DNA of 64,000 nucleotides from Candidatus Epulonipiscium sp. (GTDB taxonomy: Bacteria; Bacillota; Clostridia; Lachnospirales; Defluviitaleaceae), in contig JAAYRK010000082.1 in assembly GCA_012518815.1 (NCBI GenBank), positions 2,465-66,464 of the forward strand. Reading direction: 5' to 3'. Position 1 is the stretch's first letter, and every line of letters starts with the position of its first letter. Below the pieces are notes generated by a model, which was given only the letters and a program-made list of their open reading frames with translations, did no database searches and was not told the DNA's origin. Shown here one piece after another: positions 20,155 through 27,847 of this stretch. Position numbers and translations under genes: made by a program.

Positions 20155-21388
20155 TATCAATTTCCTCCCTGCTGATTGCTTTAGCTTCTTCAATATGTTC
20201 AAGAGTTGTAAAAACTGCTTTTGCTCTTAAAATATCTTCCTTAGGATAATATTTAATTTCGCTATTTAAGACTTCAGCTCTATTTGAAATATCTTCTAAC
20301 AACTTTTTCTTAATTTCTTCCTCAGCTATTTTTTTTGCCTCTTCAATAGTTCTTTTGTGTTTTATTGGATTATATTCCCTGTATTCATAAGTTACTTTAT
20401 AAAGAGGTAAAGCAAAATATTTAGTTAGAGATAATTGTTTACTATCTATAATTTTATCATAATATTTGTAAGATATATCCTTTTTATATAACTTAAATTC
20501 TTTATCCAAAAATTTTATCGCATATTGTTTTTTAATATTATTTGTATACTGTTTTTCTATATAATATAAGTCTTGATCATATGTTAATTCATACCTTGTT
20601 TTTGCAATTATGTCCGCATCGGCATGAACATACTTTTTCTCTACACCTTCTTCATCTTCCTTTAAAATTATTTCTCCACTAACTAACAAATCTCCTTTTT
20701 TTACTACATCATTAGCCTTTACCTTTGGCGTTCCTGATCTGGTGGTTATACTCACAATAAGACCAGTTTTTTGAGCAATTAAATTACAAGGGGTTGACCT
20801 ATCTACGATTAAAGGTTTCTCTACTGTTTCTGTCAATTCTATTGTAAGCTTAGTACCTTTTATTTCTACTGCTGTCCAAGCTATATCAGGAAAACTATCT
20901 CTTAAAAATCCTTCAACTTCATCTATATCAACTTTCATCTTTAATATTCCGATTTTTAAGCCATAATCATTTAATGCTTTCATCAAATCTTGGGAGTCAA
21001 TTCTCTCATTCCCCTTAACTTCAATAAGCCAAATAAATGAAGATAAAAAGTATAATAAGCCGAAAAAAATCAGCACTCCTGATGCCATGACTTTTCGCTT
21101 TCTATACTTATGAATAAAAAAAGGACAGCCTCTCTTTTCTACTATTTTTATTTTACATTTGGTCTTACTTGCACAATTTTTTAATAATTTAAATCCTTTA
21201 ATGCTTACCTTCATCTGGATCTTACTTTTATACTTTTTTATATCCCATAAATATATTCCTTTATGAGATGCTAAGTTCATAAATCTCTCGACTGAAAAAC
21301 CAGATACTTCTATAGTAACATAGCCTCTTAAATAATTCCATATAGATAAAAACATAAAGGCCCCCCAATTTAATAATAAGCATTTCAA
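20117..21388 (-). CDS. yqfD: Sporulation protein YqfD
   Basis: 423 aa. The N-terminus LRGYVTIEVSGFSVERFMNLASHKGIYLWDI and the mid TM helix are typical of YqfD, and it follows yqfC. An alternative start is M12 at 21355. Confidence 0.85.
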   Translation of the reverse strand: MKCLLLNWGAFMFLSIWNYLRGYVTIEVSGFSVERFMNLASHKGIYLWDIKKYKSKIQMKVSIKGFKLLKNCASKTKCKIKIVEKRGCPFFIHKYRKRKVMASGVLIFFGLLYFLSSFIWLIEVKGNERIDSQDLMKALNDYGLKIGILKMKVDIDEVEGFLRDSFPDIAWTAVEIKGTKLTIELTETVEKPLIVDRSTPCNLIAQKTGLIVSITTRSGTPKVKANDVVKKGDLLVSGEIILKEDEEGVEKKYVHADADIIAKTRYELTYDQDLYYIEKQYTNNIKKQYAIKFLDKEFKLYKKDISYKYYDKIIDSKQLSLTKYFALPLYKVTYEYREYNPIKHKRTIEEAKKIAEEEIKKKLLEDISNRAEVLNSEIKYYPKEDILRAKAVFTTLEHIEEAKAISREEIDNGTDRKDTTDTN

Positions 21389-21395
21389 AGCATAA

Positions 21396-21710
21396 TTATA
21401 ATAAAAACTCTATTTTCATAATTACACCTTTGATAAGGATTTCTTCCATAGTCATAGTTTTTAATGATAAAGCTCTTCCTTCTATTCTTATTATTCCATT
21501 AGAAGTATATATTCTTATTCTTTCTGTATCATACTCAAGTATACCTTTATAATTTTCAATATGTAATTCTTCATTCCCTACCATTGAAATAACTGGAAAA
21601 TTTAGAATTACTTCTTTAGGGAGCTCAAGCATATTTGTTACTTTTTCTTTAAAGCTAACAGGCTGAACTAACTCTTCTTTTTTTTGTTTTTTAGTTCTTT
21701 TCTTTTTCAT
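21396..21710 (-). CDS. yqfC: Sporulation protein YqfC
   Basis: LELPKEVILNFPVISMVGNEELHIENYKGILEYDTERIRI is a YqfC signature. The true start is probably the ATG at 21710, because the track N-terminus (MRGRDTI) is the RBS GAGGGAGGGA itself. Confidence 0.85.
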   Translation of the reverse strand: MKKKRTKKQKKEELVQPVSFKEKVTNMLELPKEVILNFPVISMVGNEELHIENYKGILEYDTERIRIYTSNGIIRIEGRALSLKTMTMEEILIKGVIMKIEFLL

Positions 21711-21773
21711 AATTGTGTCCCTCCCTCTCATAATTAATATGCAAAAAAAAGTGTTTTAAGACATACTAATTAT

Positions 21774-21927
21774 GAGGTTAGAGGTTGGAAGTTGGAAAGT
21801 AGAGGTAAGAAGGTAGAAATTAGAGCTTGAAAGGTAGATACTCAAGGAAATAAATGATTGAGATTGACGGTTGTAAGTAGAGATAGTAAGGAGATGAAAG
21901 ATAGATGTTGGAAGATAGATATGGAAG
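21774..21927. repeat. Degenerate heptanucleotide tandem array, C-depleted on the plus strand
   Basis: 22 in-register 7-nt units (gaggtta gaggttg gaagttg gaaagta gaggtaa gaaggta gaaatta gagcttg aaaggta gatactc ... gatgaaa gatagat gttggaa gatagat atggaag). There are only 4 C in 154 nt. Confidence 0.8.
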
Positions 21928-21950
21928 ACTATTTAAAAATTTTCCAGAAA

Positions 21951-21985
21951 ATAAAATAAGTTGCGTATTACGCAACTTATTTTAT
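21951..21985. terminator. Rho-independent terminator downstream of rpsU (usable in both directions)
   Basis: Stem of up to 15 bp, ataaaataagttgcg-tatta-cgcaacttattttat, with T-rich flanks on both strands. Confidence 0.85.
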
Positions 21986-22068
21986 TTCTTCTATTATAGA
22001 AATTGTTTTATTATCTGCTCGGCTTTATAAAATCTCATGCTAGATGCTATCTAGCCAAATTTTCTATA

Positions 22069-22245
22069 TTAATATCTATTCTTTTTCCTAGCAGCTTCTG
22101 ATTTCTTTTTACGTTTAACACTTGGTTTTTCATAATGCTCTCTTTTACGAATCTCTTGCATAATACCGGCTTTAGCACAGTTTCTTTTAAAACGACGTAA
22201 AGCACTATCTAAAGATTCATTTTCCCTAACGGTAACCTCTGACAT
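22069..22245 (-). CDS. rpsU: 30S ribosomal protein S21 (58 aa; absent from the ORF track)
   Basis: My translation is [72 protein letters not shown] is present. Confidence 0.95.
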   Translation of the reverse strand: MSEVTVRENESLDSALRRFKRNCAKAGIMQEIRKREHYEKPSVKRKKKSEAARKKNRY

Positions 22246-22321
22246 TAATTCCCCTCCCTCCGGCTAGCAAGGTTGTGCTTTATGCATATAAACGGAGAAA
22301 AGTATTAAAGCACTATACCTA

Positions 22322-22350
22322 ATTATACACAATACATTAGCTTTCGTCAA
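22322..22350 (-). promoter_or_regulatory. SigA promoter of rpsU
   Basis: Minus strand reads TTGACG - 17 nt - TATAAT with a TG extension (tgtgTATAAT). Confidence 0.75.
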
Positions 22351-22353
22351 TAA

Positions 22354-23598
22354 CTAATATAAATTATAAATATAAAAATCTTCCTCAATTATTCTTTCTT
22401 TTTCTCCTAATAAATGTTGAAGAGTATATTGCTTTGTTTCCTTTAATCTGTTTATTTCATAAGGAAGTAAGAGCTTTTCTAATTCTTCCTCTGGTGTAAT
22501 ACTACTTACAACTCTTATGATTCCCCTTGCCTTAACTGTACTAAACTGAACCCAAGTAGGCATAAAAGATATTGTTTTTATTTTTGCCTTTTCATTTTCA
22601 AGTTTTTCAAAGTCTATATTTAAAATAAGGCCTGCATCCCTTGGTGGATCTAAGGGGCTTCTTTGAGAAGAAATAAAATTGCCCAAAGAATAAATAACAA
22701 AGCAATCTTCCACACTACCGTCAGGCCTTGTAACTTTTCTTGTTTCCATAGGCTGTAGAACATGAGGATGACTACCTAAAATAATATCTGCCCCAGCATT
22801 AAATAATTCATCAACAATTTGTTTTTGATTATTATTTGGATATCTTTCATACTCATTCCCAAAATGAACACAAACAACAATAAAATCAGGAGACAATTCT
22901 TCAGCTTTTTGAATATCCTTTTTCATTTCTTCCAGATTAATTAAATTAACTAAATAAGGCTTATCTTTAGGAATAGGTATTCCATTGGTTCCATAAGTAT
23001 AAGAAAAAAAAGCAAAAGAAATATTATTTACTGTCATTATTTTTATCTCATCCCTAGCTTCTTGGCTAGAATATGTACCTACATGTTCAATTCCTACATT
23101 ATCAAGAACATCCAAAGTCCTTAAAGCTCCAGCACTATATGTATCCAAAGAATGATTATTAGCCGTTGTTAGAATGTCAAATCCAACATCTTTTAAGCTA
23201 TTAGCCAAAGAATCAGGACTATTAAATTGGGGATAACCGCTATAGCCTCTTTCACTGCCTCCAAAAGTTGATTCTAAATTGCCAATTGCTATATCTGCTT
23301 CTTCTATATACTTTTTTATTAACTCAAATTGTTTATCAAAGTTATATGAGTTGTCATTTTTATCATATGCAACATCCAATTGATAATCATGGGTCATTAT
23401 ATCTCCAACAGCCCTCATTTTTACTGTATAAATTTGAGGCTCTTCATCACCTTCTTGCTCTTTTATTAGTTCTTCTTCATCAAAATTAGCCGCCAAAACG
23501 GCATTTTTATCATTCTCTTTAGAATATATATTTCCTTTATCACAGGAAGTCAAACAAACACAAATAATAAGACAAAATATAGCAATGCATTTTTTCAT
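22354..23598 (-). CDS. CapA-family (PGA_cap metallophosphatase-like) lipoprotein
   Basis: 414 aa with a lipobox LTSC after the signal peptide and metallophosphatase motifs (AVGDIMTHD, GNLES, TANNHSLD, GSHPHV). Confidence 0.8.
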   Translation of the reverse strand: MKKCIAIFCLIICVCLTSCDKGNIYSKENDKNAVLAANFDEEELIKEQEGDEEPQIYTVKMRAVGDIMTHDYQLDVAYDKNDNSYNFDKQFELIKKYIEEADIAIGNLESTFGGSERGYSGYPQFNSPDSLANSLKDVGFDILTTANNHSLDTYSAGALRTLDVLDNVGIEHVGTYSSQEARDEIKIMTVNNISFAFFSYTYGTNGIPIPKDKPYLVNLINLEEMKKDIQKAEELSPDFIVVCVHFGNEYERYPNNNQKQIVDELFNAGADIILGSHPHVLQPMETRKVTRPDGSVEDCFVIYSLGNFISSQRSPLDPPRDAGLILNIDFEKLENEKAKIKTISFMPTWVQFSTVKARGIIRVVSSITPEEELEKLLLPYEINRLKETKQYTLQHLLGEKERIIEEDFYIYNLY

Positions 23599-23647
23599 TA
23601 GTATATCTCTCCATCCTTTTGTTAATTTATTACTATCTAATATTTAT

Positions 23648-23676
23648 ATTATAAGTAATACTGTGAATGTTTTCAA
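23648..23676 (-). promoter_or_regulatory. SigA promoter of the capA-like gene
   Basis: Minus strand reads TTGAAA - 17 nt - TATAAT. Confidence 0.6.
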
Positions 23677-23677
23677 A

Positions 23678-23706
23678 CAAAAAAACGGCATTAAAAATGC
23701 CGTTTT
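23678..23706 (-). terminator. Rho-independent terminator of alaS
   Basis: aaaacggcatt-aaa-aatgccgtttt overlaps the alaS stop codon. A U7 run follows on the minus strand. Confidence 0.85.
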
Positions 23707-26347
23707 AATTAATCTGTTTTCTTAATATTTCTTCTGCATTACTAAGAGCTTCATCAATCTTAGATACATCTTTTCCTCCTGCCTGAGCCATGTTTGGACG
23801 TCCTCCACCACTGCCTCCAGCAATTTGAGCTATTTCTCTAATTAGGTTTCCTGCATGAATACCTTTTTTAATTACATCTTCTGTTGCCATTACTACAAAA
23901 CTTACTTTATTGTCTTTTCCAGAAGCAAGTACAATAAGCCCTGATCCAATTTTGTTTTTAAGATTATCTCCCATATTTCTAAGAGCAGCCATGTCTAATT
24001 CATCAAGTCTTGCAGTTATTAAAGCTACTCCTTCAATGTCCTTCTTTCTAGATAAAATATCACCAATAGCTTCTCCTGCATTTTTAGTTCTTAACTTTTC
24101 AATTTCTTTTTGACTCTCTTTTAGCTCAGCCATTAAGCTTGTTATTCTCTTAATTATTTGGCTAGGGTTAGTTTTAAGAATACCTGCTGCTTCATTAAGA
24201 AGCTCTTCTTGTTCTCTGTAATAATTAAGAGCAGCTTGCCCAGTTAATGCTTCTATTCTTCTTACTCCTGCTGCAACTCCTGTTTCGCTGATAATTTTAA
24301 AAAGTCCTATTTGTGCAGTATTATTTAAGTGAGTTCCTCCGCATAATTCCATACTATAGTCACCCATAGTAACTACACGGACAACTTTATCGTATTTTTC
24401 ACCAAACAAAGCTACAGCACCCATTTTTCTTGCTTCATCAATACTAGTCTCCTGGATAGAAATAGTTAAGTTTTCAAATATTTTTTTATTAACCATTTCT
24501 TCTACTTTCAATATTTCTTCAGAAGATAACGCTGAAAAATGTACAAAGTCAAAGCGAAGTCTTTCAGGAGAAACATGAGAACCTGCTTGCTCTACATGAT
24601 TTCCGATAATCTCTCTTAGTGCCTTATGAAGTAAGTGAGTAGAACTATGATTTCTTGCAATTGCCAAGCGGTTTTCTCTGTCAACTTCAAGATATGCTTT
24701 TTCCTCAATTGATACACTGCCTTCTATCACTTTACCAATATGGGCAAAATTATCCCCTGTAACCTTTATACAATCATAAACTTCTATTGTACCTGTATTA
24801 GTTTTTATGATTCCTTTATCTCCAACTTGTCCACCGCTTTCTGCATAAAAAGGAGTTTTCTCTAGAATAATAGATACTTCTTTATCCTTTTCTGCTTTAT
24901 CTACAAATTGATTGTCAGCAATGATTGCAAGTATATTAGCATCGGATACAATTAAATCACTATATCCCACGAACTGTGTTTTCCATTCCTTATTGATTTG
25001 TGCATATATTGTACCTTCTGCTCCCATAAAAGTATTATCTTCTCTTGCTTGACGTGCTCTTTCTCTTTGAGCTTCCATTTCTTTCATAAAGCCTTCTTCG
25101 TCTAAGCTTAAACCTTCCTCAGCAAGAATTTCCATAGTTAAATCAATTGGGAAGCCATAAGTATCATATAATTTAAAACAATCTTCACCAGAAAGAACCT
25201 GCTTGTTATTTTCTTTTAATTTAGAAACAAATCCCTTTAATATCTCCAAACCTTGGTCAATAGTTTCATTAAATCTTTGTTCTTCAACAGAAAGGACTTT
25301 TAGAATGTATTCTTTCTTTTCAATTAGTTCTGGATATGCATCCTTAGATGTTTCAATAACAACAGGTGCAAGTTCTTCTAAGAAAGGTCTGTTTATGCCT
25401 AACAATTTACCGTGACGTACAGCCCTTCTTAACAATCTTCTAAACACATAACCTCTTCCTTCATTAGAAGGAAGTATCCCATCAGAAGCCATAAAAGTAA
25501 CAGCTCTTATATGATCAGTAATAACACGTATAGAAACATCCTTTTTAGATTCACTTTGATATTTTACATTTGCAATTTCACATACTTTATCCCTAATAGA
25601 CTTAACAGTATCCACATCAAAAATAGATGTTACACCTTGCATAACTGCAGCAACTCTTTCAAGTCCTGCACCAGTATCAATATTTGGATTAGGAAGAGGA
25701 TTGTAGTTTCCTTCTTCATCTTTATCAAATTGAGTAAATACTAAATTCCATATTTCTACAAAACGGTCACAATCACAACCAGGAGCACAATTTGGACTGC
25801 CACATCCAAACTCTTCTCCCCTGTCAAAATATATTTCGGAACAAGGTCCACAAGGTCCCACTCCTATTTCCCAAAAATTATCCTCTTTCCCTAACCTTAC
25901 GATACGTTCGGGGGATAGGCCTACCTTTTTATTCCATATTTCAAAAGCTTCGTCATCTTCTTTATATATTGAGGCATAAAGCCTTTCTACAGGAATTTCT
26001 AATACCTTGGTTACAAATTCCCATGCCCAGGGAATAGCCTCTTCTTTGAAATAATCACCAAAAGAAAAGTTCCCTAACATCTCAAAAAAGGTTCCATGCC
26101 TAGATGTCTTACCTACATTTTCAATATCTCCAGTACGAATACACTTTTGACAAGTGGTAACTCTTTTTCTAGGTGGTTTTTCTTGACCTGTAAAATACGC
26201 TTTTAAAGGTGCCATTCCTGCATTAATTAACAATAAACTTTTATCATTTTGAGGTACTAAAGAAAAACTATCTAATCTTAAATGGTCTTTTTCTTCAAAG
26301 AAAGATAAAAATCTTTCTCTTATCTCATTTAATCCTAAAGCCTTCAT
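23705..26347 (-). CDS. alaS: Alanine--tRNA ligase
   Basis: 880 aa with a class II AlaRS core (FTGQEKPPRKRVTTCQKCIRTGDIENVG, FFEMLGNFSFGDYFK), editing-domain HSSTHLLH/CGGTH motifs and a C-terminal DHHA1 GGGRP motif. Confidence 0.97.
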   Translation of the reverse strand: MKALGLNEIRERFLSFFEEKDHLRLDSFSLVPQNDKSLLLINAGMAPLKAYFTGQEKPPRKRVTTCQKCIRTGDIENVGKTSRHGTFFEMLGNFSFGDYFKEEAIPWAWEFVTKVLEIPVERLYASIYKEDDEAFEIWNKKVGLSPERIVRLGKEDNFWEIGVGPCGPCSEIYFDRGEEFGCGSPNCAPGCDCDRFVEIWNLVFTQFDKDEEGNYNPLPNPNIDTGAGLERVAAVMQGVTSIFDVDTVKSIRDKVCEIANVKYQSESKKDVSIRVITDHIRAVTFMASDGILPSNEGRGYVFRRLLRRAVRHGKLLGINRPFLEELAPVVIETSKDAYPELIEKKEYILKVLSVEEQRFNETIDQGLEILKGFVSKLKENNKQVLSGEDCFKLYDTYGFPIDLTMEILAEEGLSLDEEGFMKEMEAQRERARQAREDNTFMGAEGTIYAQINKEWKTQFVGYSDLIVSDANILAIIADNQFVDKAEKDKEVSIILEKTPFYAESGGQVGDKGIIKTNTGTIEVYDCIKVTGDNFAHIGKVIEGSVSIEEKAYLEVDRENRLAIARNHSSTHLLHKALREIIGNHVEQAGSHVSPERLRFDFVHFSALSSEEILKVEEMVNKKIFENLTISIQETSIDEARKMGAVALFGEKYDKVVRVVTMGDYSMELCGGTHLNNTAQIGLFKIISETGVAAGVRRIEALTGQAALNYYREQEELLNEAAGILKTNPSQIIKRITSLMAELKESQKEIEKLRTKNAGEAIGDILSRKKDIEGVALITARLDELDMAALRNMGDNLKNKIGSGLIVLASGKDNKVSFVVMATEDVIKKGIHAGNLIREIAQIAGGSGGGRPNMAQAGGKDVSKIDEALSNAEEILRKQIN

Positions 26348-26383
26348 TTTACTTCCACCAGATTCCTTTCTAATATATATTTA

Positions 26384-27367
26384 TTAATAAAGTTTTAATG
26401 TAACAATATATTCTTCTTCGGCAATCTCAGATACATTAATTACTTTTTCTAAACTAAATTCTTCATTTAGTAGTATATCATGATTTTCCTTCTGAACATA
26501 GCCTATAAGATATTTATTTCCAAAAAAGTCTTCAAAAATAAACTCTTTTTCTGCTTTAATATAATCAATATATTCTTCGAGGCATAAATTATTATATGTC
26601 ATATACTGTGCATGGGGTATTCCTACATATCTAAAATGCCAAGGTTCTGAAATTATCCCCGTAATTTCTTTTTTATCCGATGAATATCTCAATACAAATC
26701 CAAATTTCCAACTATTATTATATAACCATTGCCCTTGTGCTGTATCTTTAAAAGCTTCTACTAAAGGGTCTGATGTTCTTAATAATTCTGATGAAGAAAA
26801 ATCTATAGCCAAACCTGTTTGATGCTCGCTAGTTCCTGGAATGGCAACAATCTCAGATGCCTTTACTTTTGCTGTTTCCAAATCATACTGACTTGAAAAA
26901 GAATTAACTTTAGCATTAAATAACTTACTTTGATAACTATAAGGCCTATATCCACTTACAACCCAAAGACCTTCTATGCCTTCTTTGTTTGCCTCTTCAA
27001 ATAAGCTTATAACAGCATCATATGCTTCCTCTTGCAACAACATCTTGTCCTTTGTGGAAGGAACATCTCCTGCTGCATCTTTTATTGGTACAGGCTCAAA
27101 GTCTTCACCCAAAGGGTTCCATTTGTTTGCCAGTATTAAATTGTGACCTTTTTGATTTTTTAAATTATCAAGAATTAATTCCAAATCTTCATTTTCAATC
27201 ATTGCCTTTTTATCCACTAAATTATCACCTTCAATTTCCGATGTTTCTGAAGGATTTACCCCTTCATTATACACATTTCTTGCTGAAATTTCATTCAATA
27301 ATTTATATGAATAAAAACTTAACAAAATAACACATAACGAAAGAAATACAAAGGCTAACTTTTTCAT
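26384..27367 (-). CDS. VanY-type D-alanyl-D-alanine carboxypeptidase (peptidase M15B), membrane anchored
   Basis: SGYRPYSYQ, PGTSEHQTGLAIDF and EPWHFRYVG are zinc-peptidase motifs. I prefer the start at MKKLAF (27367, RBS AGGGGGGAAG); the track start at 27403 lies inside a leader hairpin. Confidence 0.85.
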   Translation of the reverse strand: MKKLAFVFLSLCVILLSFYSYKLLNEISARNVYNEGVNPSETSEIEGDNLVDKKAMIENEDLELILDNLKNQKGHNLILANKWNPLGEDFEPVPIKDAAGDVPSTKDKMLLQEEAYDAVISLFEEANKEGIEGLWVVSGYRPYSYQSKLFNAKVNSFSSQYDLETAKVKASEIVAIPGTSEHQTGLAIDFSSSELLRTSDPLVEAFKDTAQGQWLYNNSWKFGFVLRYSSDKKEITGIISEPWHFRYVGIPHAQYMTYNNLCLEEYIDYIKAEKEFIFEDFFGNKYLIGYVQKENHDILLNEEFSLEKVINVSEIAEEEYIVTLKLY

Positions 27368-27391
27368 TATAGCTTCCCCCCTAAAACATTT

Positions 27392-27421
27392 AAAAAACCT
27401 CATCCCACGGGATTGAGGTTT
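27392..27421 (-). promoter_or_regulatory. Terminator-like leader hairpin plus U6 between the promoter and the vanY-like/alaS operon
   Basis: Minus strand reads AAACCUCAAUCCCGUGGGAUGAGGUUUUUU, about 20 nt after the predicted TSS and about 25 nt before the RBS. Confidence 0.6.
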
Positions 27422-27446
27422 CCTTTATATATTAAACCATGTAAAA

Positions 27447-27475
27447 ATTATAAGGAATCAAAAGAACTTTGTCAA
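27447..27475 (-). promoter_or_regulatory. Consensus SigA promoter of the vanY-like/alaS operon
   Basis: Minus strand reads TTGACA - 17 nt - TATAAT. Confidence 0.75.
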
Positions 27476-27527
27476 CATATCCACATCATTAATAGCTTCC
27501 AAGCTTTATAAAAGTTTTGTTTTTTAA

Positions 27528-27555
27528 AGAAAAAAGGATGTGTTTTTACACATCC
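27528..27555 (-). terminator. Rho-independent terminator of the 53-aa gene
   Basis: ggatgtg-ttttta-cacatcc overlaps the stop codon. A U-rich run follows on the minus strand. Confidence 0.75.
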
Positions 27556-27716
27556 TATCTTAATTCTTCAATAAATTCTCCTGCTCTTTCAATAAACTTT
27601 CTGCCGTTTTTCATCATTTTTTTTCTCTCTCTTTTACTTGAATTCATCATTTTAATCCCCATAACGCCTGCTATTCCGCCAATCATCATACCTGCAGTAA
27701 ATTTATTTATAAGCAT
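27555..27716 (-). CDS. Small membrane protein, 53 aa (absent from the ORF track)
   Basis: My translation is MLINKFTAGMMIGGIAGVMGIKMMNSSKRERKKMMKNGRKFIERAGEFIEELR. RBS AAAGGAGA lies 5 nt before the ATG, and the gene has its own terminator. It reads as one Gly-rich TM helix plus a basic amphipathic tail. Confidence 0.7.
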   Translation of the reverse strand: MLINKFTAGMMIGGIAGVMGIKMMNSSKRERKKMMKNGRKFIERAGEFIEELR

Positions 27717-27847
27717 TGTATTCTCCTTTCATAATATATATAATTATATATGTTTGAAAATTATTATAAAATCTTTCATAATTAGTATATATCATTGAAA
27801 GATATTTATTCATTTCAAGTTATTTTATTATTTCATAGGAGGTTATT

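Noticed and set aside
21774-21927. The heptamer tract as a coding region (a 55-codon stop-free minus-strand frame) or as a CRISPR-like array.
   Set aside because: The open frame has no ATG/GTG start with an RBS, and its openness follows trivially from G depletion. The 7-nt units are contiguous with no spacers, so this is not a CRISPR array. The (CCYTGR)n tract at 59926-60069 is likewise coding, not CRISPR.
27517-27798. 93-aa plus-strand ORF in the intergenic region between the VanY-like gene and the M14 peptidase gene.
   Set aside because: It has no RBS and an implausible Ile/Phe/Ser low-complexity product. The minus strand carries a complete RBS-ORF-terminator unit (27555-27716) that explains the region better.
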